Assembly (NCBI GenBank): GCA_000934665.2
Contig: KZ538191.1
Coordinates: forward strand, 62,001-126,000
From: Catajapyx aquilonaris
Taxonomy: Eukaryota
DNA: 64,000 nucleotides
Reading direction: 5' to 3'
Notes under the pieces: model-generated
The model's input: the letters and a program-made list of their open reading frames with translations, nothing else
What the model was told of the DNA's origin: nothing
The model's database searches: none
Made by a program: the position numbers and the translations under genes
Shown here: one piece after another, positions 29,869 through 43,829 of the stretch
How the letters are laid out: every line of letters begins with the position of its first letter
Position numbering within the stretch: the first letter of the stretch is position 1

Positions 29869-31728
29869 GCGATGTATGTGTGTGCGTCTTGGGGAAAAAA
29901 CGTACCGTATACGTAAGTTATAGCAGAGCATTGTGCCTACAGTATCTCTATGAGCTCCTTGAACCGACCCAGCTGTGCATGTAAGAGGATAGTAATATGT
30001 GTTGAGTGTCGCAACAACACGGGGTCATTGGTGTGGATGTATGTGCCTGTCAGAGGGCTGCGTAAAATAGCAATTTAAAAGTGTTATAATTGTGCGATAG
30101 TTGCTATATAGGTAGCCTATAGAGTTGGTATGGAAACCGCAGCACTATAAAATGATATTTAAACTGTTTTGCAGCAGTGAGCAATTACGTGTCTATTTAT
30201 TCAACTGTAGGATATGGGAAAATTTCCCGACAGCTCAGATGAAATGTGGGAAGTTGGTGCCGTTTGCATACGTTTACACACTGTCCATATTCACCCTAAA
30301 CAATATATGACATAAATCTCGTTATTTTTGAAAATATACTGCCACTCTAAAAAGAACACTTGTTTATGGAGTAAAAAAATATTTTCCATGAATGAAAACG
30401 TTACCTCCGGATATTTTGTAGTGTATAAAAAACACAGCCTTAGGAAGTCTGCAGTAAGTTATTTTGCGCAGCCCCGCCAGGCCTATAGCTAGACCTACTG
30501 ATTTTATAAATAGTCTGCACTCCACAGGCGGACATGAATTTTGTAACTGAATATGAGGTCGAGTATACCGTGTGGGCGTGAGTTAATACTATTATGTACC
30601 TGTCCTACTATTCAAGTACAACCCACACGTATGAAAAGTCTGTGCTTTACAAAGAAATGTCAAATCCACATCTGCGAGTTCACATGTTTACTAAAGCCCA
30701 TCCCCATACCGCAAAAGCCGGTCTTAATTTTGCATCCGGAGATAATAACATACTGTACAAAGCAAGAAAGTTGCGGTTGGAATTAAGCAGCCTTGCATAT
30801 GACGCATGTGATAGAGCCAACTTCATTCTAGACTGCTATAACCCGGGTGGTTCAGAACCCTATAAATTTTAGTTTCAGGGCGTCAAAGCTCCCCTACGAA
30901 TAGAAAATGAGCAGTCATTAGGGCTGCCCAGACGCCACCTGTTTAATTTAACACCCTCCCAGCCGACTCTCTATAATTGTAAATCATATCGATTTCTATT
31001 TGTCAGGGACGGATGGCCTGAAATGCCATGATGCAATATAACACTGTGGTTTTGAAAAGGGGGTGTGGATATTGCTGAAATGTACAGGGTGTCCCATTAA
31101 CTTCCAATACCAAAAGTACATATTTACTCGAAATCAATTTTTCCTTCCAATTTGAGGTTAGCCTCAAAAGTTTCGCTTAACTTCTGGTCCCATCTTTTCC
31201 TTGACGTAAGGCGATGACACGAGGCAATTTACACGTCTCCCCATTTTCCCGTGCAGCAAATCGAATTAGGCAGGCAGTAGGACCTTGAGAAGAGAAACCG
31301 GAGCGACAGACACATCGGCAGGCAGCGAATTCTATATGAGACGAAAAGGGAGGGTAGCAGCAAACCCTCTCGCTTTGAAATGCAAATGAATGGAAACAGT
31401 CCGCCACCAACCAACTAGCTGCACACTCTCTGGTCACTGTGACGTCTCTAGAGAGGATTTGGGTTCAGGTCTTGCCATGGCTTCGAGTGCTCAACTGAAG
31501 AGCCGATGCGACGGTTTGGTTGGTTGGACCTTTCATTTTGCGACTTGTTGATGCGGATGCTGGAATGGAGGCAACTAGAGCATGATGGTGGGTTGGGGAA
31601 ATTTTTTAAGGGGGGCTAACAAATGGGAACGAAGTGGTTAAGGAACGGAACGGACGTTTTTTAAAGTAAAAAAGTCTGGGCTAAAAATATTAATCCTATT
31701 AACACCCCTCCATCATGTCGTGCCGCAT

Positions 31729-31830
31729 GAAATTCGGAAAGAAGCTTATGCCATCTACTGATTTCTTTCCTAACTTTCAACTCCGTCATGGCATCCAGAA
31801 GGAGCAGCCTACGCCATCTACAAATCCCAA
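31729..31830 (+). repeat. Dispersed repeat fragment C, copy 2
   Basis: Similar to 26662-26735; GCCATCTAC occurs twice. Confidence 0.5.
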
Positions 31831-34800
31831 CATTTCCCAACTTTCTGCCTCCGTCGGGATCCGGACTTTTCGTTCCCGCCGCGCCGTATCACCCCCGGAA
31901 TTTTCGCCCCCTGAATATTGGCCGCCCGCCGTGGCAATTTTAAAATAACGTTTCAGTTGTCTCACGGCTATAGAACATTCCAGATTGTTTGCTCCAACAG
32001 GATTTTACCACCAGCCTGCACCTAGCCATTAACCACCCCGTTTACATTACCACTTACATCCTACCGATTTCACACACTCTTGCACCTCACTCGGGCCCAA
32101 GAAAATTACTACTACCAAAATTTTGGAGCAAGCCTCGATAAACTCGAGCAAAAATCTGGGTACGGTACCCTCGTAATTGGCAAGTCCATTTACAGTCCCT
32201 TGGGGGAATACCGTGGCGGTACCTAGAAAGTACTAGGGTAGGAGGAGGGTGAAGGTTAGGAAATAATTGTTGAAGTAATTTATCAGGAAAGCCGTTAAAA
32301 GTGGGAGGAGTGCAGACCCCCCCCCCCCCCCCTCCCTCTTCCCCCTTTTCCGCGATAACGTAATTACACGGTTGGAACGCACTTAATTACTTGCTGGAGG
32401 CAGAGTACCCTCTGGTACCTATCAATATCCGTACAGTACGTGCGGAAAGTCCGTCGGGAAGGTTCTGTCTGAAAAAGAAATTACCACCACGTCCATCAAA
32501 GAATGTGTCTTCTTTTCTTTTTCCCTTTTTCCAGACACTTTTGGGGGCCCTTCTTTTTTTTTGGCACGAAATAACACTGGGTGGGATCGATTTATGCAAG
32601 TTGAGGGGAGGTGTCGGATAGAGGTGACAAGGGGGGATTTTCTGGGTGGTGGTGACGGGGGTGGGACTTCGGAACTGCCAACTGTGTTGCTGGGAAACCT
32701 GGGAGAAGTCGAGGAAACGTGATGTGCATAATTTGAGAAGTAAGGTACTGTATCTATAGTACAGGGTGTACAAGAAAGTGGGAACATCATCCAACATACC
32801 ACGGGATACATATACAATAAAATCAGAATACATTCATGATTTATTGACCAGCAGCTGCCTGTTTTATTCCCAGAATTTGCAATTTTTTTTTACATATTCC
32901 CTATCCAATACCTCCGATATTACATCTGGAGGTCTCAGAGGTTATATAGGGATGTTTGGTAGGCCTGACCATCGCCCATTTCCTTCTTACTGCTGCCCCC
33001 TTCTCCAAGATTGATTCCATCTCTGCTTGGCAAGTTGGGAGATGGAAACCGTCTTATCCTTCCCCCCCCCCCCATAGCCAGCAGCCCCTCCTTGCTTAAA
33101 ATGCGCATAAAATCAAAGTGGAAATTGATCAGGAGGCTCAACGCTGCCATTATCATGCACTCCGAATGCGTCAAGCTCGAGCATAAAAATGAGCTTACTG
33201 TTGGAATGGACCATGCTAATTTTTACAACCCTCTCACAGTACTGTACTGTAATATCAATTGGAGAGGGCTGCTCCCAACAATAATGATGATGCTGGTCCA
33301 TATGTAAGCAAATTGTGCAAAAAAAAAATTGTGAAATAATATTGATGCTGCATGAATTTTTTTTACATTTTCTTAGACATCTGTTGGATGCATCATTACA
33401 CAAACGAGCTCAATGTCTTCAACAGCTTTCATCCCATTACCAAAACCAGCATCGTTCCAAATAAGCCCCATCCTCATCCTCGCTTTGCCGACGCATCAGA
33501 TTGCGATATATTGTATAAAATAACCCAATCCCCTCAGCAGCCATCAGCAGCTCGCTTCGAGAGAACTTCCAAAAAAAAAATGCGGAAACACCCGTCTTCC
33601 TCCAGAGAAAAAAAAATCGGAAAGATCCGTGTCCTGATTTCCATCTTGAGCCTTCTTCTGCAATCAAGCTTCAGCCCTTGATGCAGAGGCATTTGTCAAA
33701 AGGAAAAAGGGGGGCATAGCATAGAATCAGCTTGCAAGATTCCACGATTGAATATCGCCAGTTGAGCAATATCGAAGCTGGAGAATCCGGGCCTTAGTAC
33801 ACGAATAATATATGGCCCTGCCAGTTATATATTCAGGGGATTGATGGCCAAGAGCGGTGGAAAAAAAATTATTGTTGGAGCAATGGCCGTGTTTTCATTA
33901 TCGGTTTTTAAATAAAGAAAATGTAATGGCCCACACTTATTTTTTGAAGCCTCCAAATTTTCCGTATCTGCGTGCCTATGTGGCGCATTAGGCTGGAATG
34001 AAACATGTCTGAGTGAAGGAATGTACGCCTAAAAAGGTGGCAACTGGCTTATACTGGAGGATAAAATGGCATGCGGTACTCTTTGCCTTCAGGGCTGGAA
34101 TTCCATTCCGGCCATTTTTTTTCCCTCCTCTTCTTCGTCCTCCTGCATGGTGCACATCAGCAATGGCGCCTGTTTCCATTGTCTTTCTCCTGCATGGCGA
34201 AACGGAGAAACTTTTGATTAAGGAAAATTCCATTTGGACCTCCAAAAGAGAGGGGCAGAGCTGTAAACCCTCGGTTCTATTTCCCTCGCATTGCTTTTGC
34301 TTTGCTTTACGAACCGAAAGCCTGAACCCCTTTTTTGTCATCTCATTTTTTTTTTCAATGGCGTATGTTATTAAGAAATAGTAGAGATATGCAGTGAAGT
34401 CCCTCCCAAAAAAGGAGCCATTTTCGCCTTCTTGCTTGAACTGGGCAGCTACTTTGCCCATTTTATAGGGGTGTGAAATTTTAATGAGTTGACTACCAAC
34501 CTTGCCTATTTCCATCCCCTTTTTTTCGTTTCACACTCTTGTGACTTTTATACGAGCAGTTTAAATTTTTCTCTAATGCAGTTGCCTGATCATAAGGTTT
34601 CCCATTGGATACATGACCATTCTGTTCTTAGGAAAAGGCAATTAAGTTGGCACAGCTTGCGACGGATCCGTGTAATGAAACTGTATGTATTTTTGTCCTT
34701 CTGTACATAACGTGATTCGTGTTCTCTCATTCATGGTCATGTCATATACTGACAGCAACAGGTGTTCCTTACAAAGCCAACTACAATCCGGAAAAAAATG

Positions 34801-37800
34801 GTGTCCATTGCAGATGCGATTTTTGCACAAAAAAATTTGGCAACTATTAGTTCTATCCTATATAAAAAATAGTCTAATATTACATTTGCCACCTCCAATC
34901 CCTTCCATCTCCCCGATACTATGTTTGCCCATCGATTGGCGCATAATTATCATTAATTAATGCGTGGCAATCAACGTGCATCGCGCCAACCCAGCTTCCT
35001 CCATGTATTGTGCATGTCATCGCATGGTTAATGAACATGGTAGATTCATGGGGGGGGGATGGGGAAAATAAACCAAGGGAGAGAGGTTGGGAGGATGGGT
35101 GGGTGGGTTTTGCATTGTAGATGCAAATTTTATGGGATTAATACCTGATCGAGAATAAGGTAGCCTTGATGGATGCCTGGCATATGTTGCTCGTGTGGAC
35201 ATTGATTGAGACTAATAATGATGGCTGACATCATTAGCTAAGGTGACCATCAGTTTTTATATGAAAAATTGACTCCGCTGTTTACATTACCGATTGAATA
35301 ATTAGGGCCCTGCATTATCTGCAAACATCTTATTGGCTCGTTGTTTAGACCCCCATGTATCCTCCATGGGTCTTCCATCTTCCTGAAATCCACAATCCGA
35401 CCTTCTGGATGGCCGTCGGAGAACTTCCCAGTTTCTAGGGGTGCAAAGCCTGTCTGGGAGAGTCTGAGGAAAAGGAGGAGAGATCTAGCCCGGAGCTTGC
35501 CACCACTAATTGCGTCGTAAGAGTGTGTAAACACGACTAGGGGGGAGAGAAGGAAACTTTCCGATGCCCGCCAGACCCTGGGATTTTCAGCCCAAGGAGT
35601 GGTAGAAGGAAGAAGGGGCTTGATGTTGAACTAAGGCTCTCGTGTTCCTTCTGGATCTCTCTGGAGATAACCTGGATGTCAAGTAGTGTGGTTGGAGCAT
35701 CAGGACATCCGACATTGTACAGTGAGATATACTGTATAGTGTGGAGTCACACTTGCTTGACAGACACGTGTGTATTAATATATTTGTTTAAATTTTAAAA
35801 TCTTTTGCTACATTGCAACGAGGTACCATTATACAACTTAATTTGATGATGCTTTGCATGCATTTCCGACAAACAATTAATCTAGTTGTTTATGCAGCTC
35901 AGTGATCGTTGTTTGAATTTGGGCAGTTATTATTATCTGGCCAGCATTTCCCTTGTGCAGTCCATTCATGTCCGCACGTTTCCGATAAAAGTTATCTGAT
36001 ATTGCCGATTCGTAACGTTTGACCTGAAAAGTCACCAGTTTGTGAGTGATTTATTAGATTCGTCGTTTCCTGTTTTTTTATGTATAATGCAATGATATTG
36101 ACGCTACTGTATATTAACGTAGATTGTTTCGAATATTAGGTTACATACTGGAATTCTGCACTTCCGCCTCGCCGGAGGATGCTGATGAAAAAGGAGGATG
36201 GGATATAATTTGAAAAAATTGACTAGATCAAATGTCATCAGAATCAGCAGAAAGCGGGAGAATTACTAAAACTGCTACCTTTTCAAAACTTCCGCATTTG
36301 CGTCATTGATGCCTATAGATGGGAATATTGCGTTACATGTTGTTGAAAATAAGAGAGAAGACATCTCGAGCATTTTATGAAATTTACTGCAGGAGTGTCT
36401 ATAGTCATGAAATTTGTATAACTCCACATGTGTGGTGTAATGATTAGGATTTTTACCGAATGACAACAATTATTAATAATCATAATACTGAAAATACAAC
36501 GTTTTGTGTTCAAAAATACATTTAATGCTACTAATTTTGAACAACAGTGCACTAATTATTATCAGCATGACATGAACGGGCCTGCTGATGTCATGCATGT
36601 TGATGGATATTTACAAAAAAAAATATTATCAATGCAAATTATGTATGGTGAACATGATACACATAATTGCTGATTTTCTCGTTTTTGAAAACAACTTGCA
36701 CTTATCAAGTCACACGTTAACTGCACATTTGTTTTAATCAGGAGAATCTGGGCACTTGTACTTTTTTCTGTGATGTGCAAATAGTCATAAATATTTTATG
36801 CAAGATGTTGAGCAAGCAGCGCTGAGTTGACATCCGGACTGACCCACTTCCCTTCCCGTCAAATAATGGGTGGAGACATCGATGACGTCAGGAGACGAGA
36901 CGCTTAGTTGCCACATTTCACATATAACTCAAAATATTCGAAATTTTTAAAAACTAGCTACTGATATCACCTATTTTTAAATCATCCGAGGTATTGCTGC
37001 TGTTACTCCATTACCCAATATTTTGAGCCCCCCTGGAAAAGCTGATTTTCCAGTCGGATTAGTTATCCACCCACTTTCCCTGGTGGCGATTATCTGCGCG
37101 AGTGCTCCATCCACCCTGTGGCTTTTTTTTTCCATGCTGTTATTGCCATGTGCTCAGGAGCCAATCAAAATATTGCCTGGGTGGTCATTCAGAGTCGATC
37201 CGTTTGTTGACATTTGGATTAAATTGTTTGCATGCTCCTCGAATATTCAAATTGAACTGGGCCGCATGGTCCTGGAGGGTAAAGCGCCAGTATATATATT
37301 TTTGGGGAGTATTTAGCACGGGGTATTGCGGTGACGGACACAATGTGGGCCCACCGAGTTATGCATGATTAAATTAGACACACTGTCATGCTGTAATTAA
37401 GCATGAGAGTAGGGCTTATTTAACTACCAATTAGCGTGCTGTTCATGACAGTTCATGAGGGACACGTACTGAATGGAGATTTCGGATGGTTTTTTTTTTC
37501 GATGGTGATTAGTGGATTCCAGTGTTTACTGCGTGTGATCAACATTATCCGCATCAATATTTTCTCAATTAAAAATTTAATTTTTACAATCAGGATGAAA
37601 TTTTCCCCTTCCATTTTTATCCAGCTCTTTACAACGAATAGCCAAAATATGCTGTCAAGGATTACAGCACCGTACCCTCCACATGCCAATGGACATTTTT
37701 GACTCACGCTTCAAATATTTTGTAACCCTTTTACTGCCACCCTGCAATTCTCAACCAGCCAAATTCAGTTCAGAGCCAACCCAGCGCCACTTAAGTCGAT

Positions 37801-40800
37801 AAAAACCCCCATCCCTCCACATTTTTTTCTCTCTTTTTTTGTAATTTAACAACCGGTGCACTCAGCGCAGGCGCCATCTTTGACATATTAGTGTGTGCAA
37901 CCGTGACAAATCATCTCACGTATTATGAATACTGTCGGTGCACTCATGAGACTCTTCATCTAAATTTTTTTTCGGACATAGTTGCAGCGTCATCTCTAGT
38001 CTTTTGATGTCTGCATGGCTCATAATCCTTCAGACTGTGATTAAGGGACCAGCTGGAAGGAAAATGTTCTATCTCATCTAAGTTGTTCCCTAGAACGGAC
38101 TCTTGGGCACTGAGAGTCTCTGGGAGTATCCCCGCCGGAACAAGCCTCCGGAATTTGCATGCTTATTGCCCCCCTGGCCCGGAATCCTCCATGTTGTTTG
38201 GATTCTACAATATATATTTTTTTCTTTTTTCCGGAGGGAGAGGTTTTCCTTGCAGAAAACGACCCACCGCTCTTCAAATTTTGAGGGATGAGACTACATT
38301 CCACATTGGGGGTACTTGGTATAAGGATGGGTGTTGTGAGGTGGTTTATATTCCGATGGGGTTTTTCTCCGTCGGATGATTCGGTGGTTGGTTGAGAGGG
38401 GATTCCACAGGGTCCCTGGATAAAAAAGGAAAAGGAAAAAAATATATATGTATATCCGGGTGGAAATGCACATGCTCACTGGTGGAGATTTTGGAAGAAA
38501 ATGCTCAAATTTCAATTTTTTTTTTCTTCCGAGGGATGATCTTAGTTTTATATCCTGGTGGATGTATCCACCTGGAAAATGAAGCATGCTTTACGTGATG
38601 AGGTACAGTAAATATATAGTAGGGGAGGGATATGAGATGCATTTCTTCAAAATTGGGTTCAGACTTTGGGGGGCTTATCTGCATGGAAACTCCATTTGGG
38701 ACAAGAATTTGTGGAGTAAGATGATTATTTATATATATAAATAATCTTACTCCACAATCGTCAGAAAATACAATTTGGGGCAAAATTAAAAATTTAAAAA
38801 TTTTAATTTTTCTGCAATTCTGCCATTTTCAGACGATTTATTTAAATATTCAGTTCAATTTTTCGTCATACTGCTTACTTAGCACTAACTTTAAAAATTT
38901 CAGCCATTTTTAAAATTGACTATAACTCGGTTAAATGATCTATTCTGATTCGGATCATGTAACTAACGCTATTGACTGCTGCCATCTATCGGCCAATAAT
39001 TCAACTCCATTAACAGGGTTGGAAAGACAATATATAAAAAAAACAATCTGACACTGATTGCAAGGCCAACTTTCTCTATTTTTGCAACCAAGGCCAGGGA
39101 CCTTCATGACAATCGGGTCTAATTTGACCCTTTACATCCCTAGCAATGCGGAACTATACCCCCGATATTTTCCCCGTCGAATTAACCCCCCCCCCCCCAT
39201 TNCCCCCCCCATTTCAAATTATTCGCACCCCCAACCACCCCTCTGAACATTCGGAATGAAACATGTTGCTACAGTTCAACAGGTGCCTGGCTGCATCTGA
39301 GCCCTCAGACTTTGAACCCTTCCAAGCCCAAGAGATTTAATTTTCTGAACCGACTTTCGTCATCAGTGTAGAAGCAACCAGACACCACCCGCGTCCTTAG
39401 CCTCAATGAACAGAAAGTCAAGTCGAGAGAAGATGATGAACCTTTCCCACCCTCACCATATAGCATCACCACTCACCCCCGTCTTCTTCTTTTTTTTTCG
39501 TCTGGCATGTGCAGTGGTTTACTTTTTGTTCCTAACCTCCGGGTTAGTTGGGAGGGTGAGTCAAAAAGGGGGCAGAGAATCACGACTCCATGATGATATC
39601 TGGTCCCTTAGAATTCTTCATGCGCGGAGTTCGGTACAGTTGTGCTCTGAGGTCCATTGTGTTGTGAAGTGTCTCATATTAAGAAATTGAGTTTAGCTTA
39701 CCTTACACTCGGAGGTTACCTTATAGATGACTCCCAGTTACCCTTTATAACCTTCTCTTCACGAACTTACCTTCCATATTTCTCATTACCTTCCGGATTT
39801 AGAAGGTATTTTGCACAGAGAAGAAAATTTATAAGGTAAATGGTTAAGTGTCCACTTGCTGTCAAAGTGTGTATCAGTAAAGGACAGGAAAAAAAAAGTT
39901 GGAGGTAGTTTGAAGAGAAGGGATGAATGCTTCGGTGGACTTGAGTGTATCCGGGCGGAAACCCAGAGCCGGAAACTCAGAGTGGCGGAAGGTAGGGAAT
40001 GGGTCTGCCATTGCCTCTTCCCCCCATCTACTTGTGTGCGAATTGCGTAACTTAACCATCGAATCTGGAACCACCACCCCCTGCCAAAAAAATGGCGATA
40101 CACTCCAAGTCGTAAAAAAAAATTCTTAACGTTGTTTCAAGCCTGACCGACTTTTCTATACGAGGATACGTTTGACGAATTCTACCTCCCCCAGATCTTC
40201 TTAATCAGGCAGCCAACCAGTAAAGGCAGGCAATCAGACCGCTGAAGAACTTAGCATTTTTCTTCTTCTTTCACTACTCCCCTCCGTCGCTAATTTCAAG
40301 GCGTGCTTTTCTTTTCATCGCAGAAGATGGAAGTAGGGGAAAAAAAATAGGGGTAGACGAAACGAAGAAAGTAATGAGATTTTCAGCAGGAATTTCAACA
40401 TCTGTCTCTCTATTCACAGGATCCGGCTGCTGCAGGCTTCTTTTTGGTCAAAAAGTGCACTTGATATAGGTAAGCATATTGCTTTTTTTTATTTTTAAAG
40501 TGCGAACTTTTGCGCACTTTTTTTGGAGACCTGAGGGGGAGTTGACGACAAAAAACGAAGAAGTTAATAGGATTTTATTCAGCTTCAGAACCCGCTTTAT
40601 ATAAAGTGTTGAGTATTCCTTGTAGGAATCGGACATTTATCTCGGGTATTAGCTGGTTCCATGGCTAAGCCTGGGAGGACAAAAGGGCCCTGGAAAGTTT
40701 CGAGGGGGGATGGGGGATTAATTTTTGTTAATGAAAGGTGCTTAATGACGGCAAGCGGCAGTGTGTGCGGCTTCGTTCTCTATCCAGGCCTTTTGTTCTT

Positions 40801-42681
40801 CGCAGCGCATCATTAATCATGGAAGCCTTTATCAGGTTTGGCAGAACAGGCTTGATAAGTTCCGCCTTTTGAATGATTTTTTTTTCAACTAAAGGAGTAG
40901 GAGGAGAGGAAGCTTCAAAAAAATATAAGCGACTCTGTTTTAATCTCTGGTTAATTATAATTTTAGTTAGACTAAAGAGGAAATCGGGGCGGGTACATAT
41001 TTAATAGGTCAATAATATTGAGTTAACACACTGCAGCTTTTATTTTATTTATTTTATTGACACAGCCCCTAAAAGGGTAGGCAGCATTGTAGATTAATTG
41101 GAGTAATTTATATAGTATTTATCTGTAGAAAATATTTTCTACAAAAGTAGCAAAATAGTCTACAAGTAGAAATCAATCAGGGAAGTGTAGTAAATTTCAA
41201 ATAAAAGGAAATTATTTTGCAACATTGTCGAAAAAACATTTAATGTTTTAATGACTGGTCGTATAACACAAAATAATCTAATTAATTAATACTGTATATA
41301 GTCTGCCTGCACATATAGCCTACATTTGTGTTTTCATAACTGGCCGTAAATGTCATTTTTTGGGTAATGTACAAAGACGCAAATTAGCCACCACTTTGCA
41401 TAACAAAAAATCCGACATTTCACATGAGATCACATACGCCAAGCCCTGTTGGTAATAGCATTTTAGGCAGCATTTGTCACTTGAGAGTTGAAAAGAAACT
41501 TATGGCACCCTCTCGATCACTCCATATCATCAATTCCTAGAGGCTGATGTGACCAGCAGGGTTCCCAAACCACATACGACATGATTGATTATACTTAAAA
41601 AAAATTGTGCCATCATTTTAAGGCTACTTTACTCCCCCATATTTTTTTAGACAAGGCTCTATATTTGGAAACTTTCAGGCAGATCTTTTCATGCGGCTTA
41701 GTGATGGTATTAGCATCCCTTCTTAGGAAGAGGCCTACGACCTTTCGCTAATTTTGTTTATACTTTCCGCTCGATACTTTCTAGCTCCCCCTACCCCCCA
41801 CCAACCCCCTCAAGCCCAGAATTAACTTCAGGAAACTCAACCTCAGTGACTTTGTCCAGAATTTCAACTCAATTTTGCCATCCATTTTTTGTCATATGCT
41901 GTTTTCTTCGTCTGATCGTGTGGGGCATTTAAAATGAATAATCTTAAGGTTGAAACGTCTCCCTCCCACCTCATCTTCCTTCCTTCCTTCCTCCCTACCT
42001 ACTTTGAAGGCAAACTGGGCGGAAATTTAATTTGGAAGGATAGAATTCCTCATTTCATTTCCCGGGCCACACTTCCTTCCTCAGAGGCATGCAACGTCTT
42101 AGAACATTCCTAGCTGTTGGGTAGCTACGGCATCCTTTCCACCCAAAAGCTTATCATTAACAAGATAGGGCCACTAGAAACCCTATGGGTAAGGTGGGCG
42201 GGAGGCAAAAGGGTGGGGGTGGGGAGGCTTTATTGCGCAGCCACAATTCATTATTGGAATAGGGNGAGGACTTGTAGATGAAATTTCCAGGGGTTAACTA
42301 GCGGTTGAGTTTGGAACTTTAGCAAACTTGGGTTGACGGCTAGGCTTAACCCGCACTTCTGCACACAACCAAGGACTTGCAAATGCTGTATATTGCGTGA
42401 CATGTTTAAGTGTGGAGGTAATTTGGACAGTTTGAGTTCATCTATATAGCGGTGTATCACCCAGCTTTCAATGGGACTGTCACGGGTAGATCCTGATGTG
42501 CAAAAAATAATGTTGAAAAACTTTTTATGTGACCCGCTGTCAATATCCGTTGGCAACACTGCCCCGCCCTGCCCACACTTGGACATAGTAGGTACTGTGC
42601 AGTGCGATAGGCCACTATTTTAAAACAGATTTTTTTTTTAAAAAAAAATGAGCGCAACCTAATGTGCAACACAGTTCGCGC

Positions 42682-43354
42682 CAATGGGGAACTAGCCTTC
42701 ATTTTGGAAACTACATAATAAATTCGCCCATATTTTTTCGATTTTTTTGGCATATTCCGTTTTAAGATATCAGTTCCCGTTCCGGAGTAATTGGAGTTTT
42801 TATGTAGGGAAATGGTGACGTCACTGTTTCTCTAGAAAATGTTGACGTCACGCGAAGTGAAATGAACGCAAAAATGGTGTTATAGAACGCGCCCCGTCAT
42901 TGTTGTAAAATGCTTCGCTGTGGTTAGCAACCGTCCCATTCCGTGAGCAAGATAGCGGCCGGGGCGCGTTTTTACTTCACGCCGCTCAATCAGCTCAGGG
43001 GCTGGCAGTGGTGCCAACTGGCAGGAATCATCTGTCACCCGAATTCGGCACATGAAGGCCCCCTTTTCTCCACCTCGATGGCCTACAGCCGCCTTGCGAA
43101 TGCTTTTCGTCGTGTCCGCGGTTAATTCAAAGTCAAATTCCTCATATCTCGCAGTCAACCAGGCATTTCAGAGTACCCTTTCGATTGGCAGCGGCGTTTT
43201 TCCCGCCAATTTTGAAGGCACTTTTAAATGTGCCGTAATTTATCCAGTAATGTCATTTTGATGCAACAGAGTGATGGAATGTATGTTTACAGGCATGGGC
43301 TAGCTAGTTATGAACAAAAATCCCAAATCCCAGACCAAGGCTAGTTCCCCATTG
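42682..43354 (+). mobile_element. Non-autonomous TIR element, P-superfamily-like, 673 bp, with decayed THAP-like frame
   Basis: Perfect 18-bp TIRs: CAATGGGGAACTAGCCTT (42682-42699) and AAGGCTAGTTCCCCATTG (43337-43354). It interrupts repeat A. An internal frame from 42874 reads MVL*NAPRHCCKMLRCG*..GARFYFTPLNQLRGWQW. Confidence 0.8.
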
Positions 43355-43423
43355 TTGAGGAGGTAACAATATGGCCGACTTTTGCGACGTTGCCAAGGCT
43401 CTATAGAGGCTACTGGTATGAAT

Positions 43424-43713
43424 CAAAGAGTTCTGCTATATTATATATACACCTAGAGGAGGTACTCGGCCTGAAATGTGAGGCAGGCAACAATGCAGGC
43501 AACAATATGACCTCCAACAAGATGGCGGACGCCTGACATTATTGAACTAATTGTCGCCCAGTTGTCATTATTGGTTGTTGTCCCAGTTGCTAAACAACCG
43601 TTAGAACAACAATATGACCTCCAACAAGATGGCGGCTGCCTCAGCCTGTCTAATGGAAAAGGATAGGGAGTACCTCCTCTAGGTATTATATTATATAATA
43701 GCAGAACTCTTTG
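43424..43713. mobile_element. MITE with 8-bp TSD (P-like; hAT not excluded), 290 bp
   Basis: About 45-bp imperfect TIRs CAAAGAGTTCTGCTAT...ACCTAGAGGAGGTACTC. Exact TSD GTATGAAT at 43416-43423 and 43714-43721. Internal 29-bp direct repeat at 43500-43528 and 43607-43635. The empty site is visible in copy 1 of repeat A. Confidence 0.92.
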
Positions 43714-43829
43714 GTATGAATTTGGCCCCAGAGGAGTAACTGTGGCAACGTTGCTGTCAGAACAATGGACTTACGCAAGTGTGGGTGAGCACTCGGTTGA
43801 GCTTGTAAAAAAAATCATAGGCCTATATC

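Larger units (their letters stand above)
42651..43806 (+). mobile_element. Repeat family A copy 2 (Helitron-like), split into three pieces by two nested insertions
   Basis: Pieces 42651-42681, 43355-43423 and 43714-43806 rejoin to the sequence of copy 1. The 3' end TACGCAAGTGTGGGTGAGCA-CTCGGTTGAG-CTTGT corresponds to hairpin + CTAG in copy 3. Confidence 0.8.

Noticed and set aside
29775..29984. Poly-isoleucine ORF
   Set aside because: Translation of the (ATT)21 microsatellite.
31082..32775. TACAGGGTG mariner-like TIR starts at about 31083 and 32760 (also about 53015)
   Set aside because: No matching opposite ends were found, so elements cannot be delimited.
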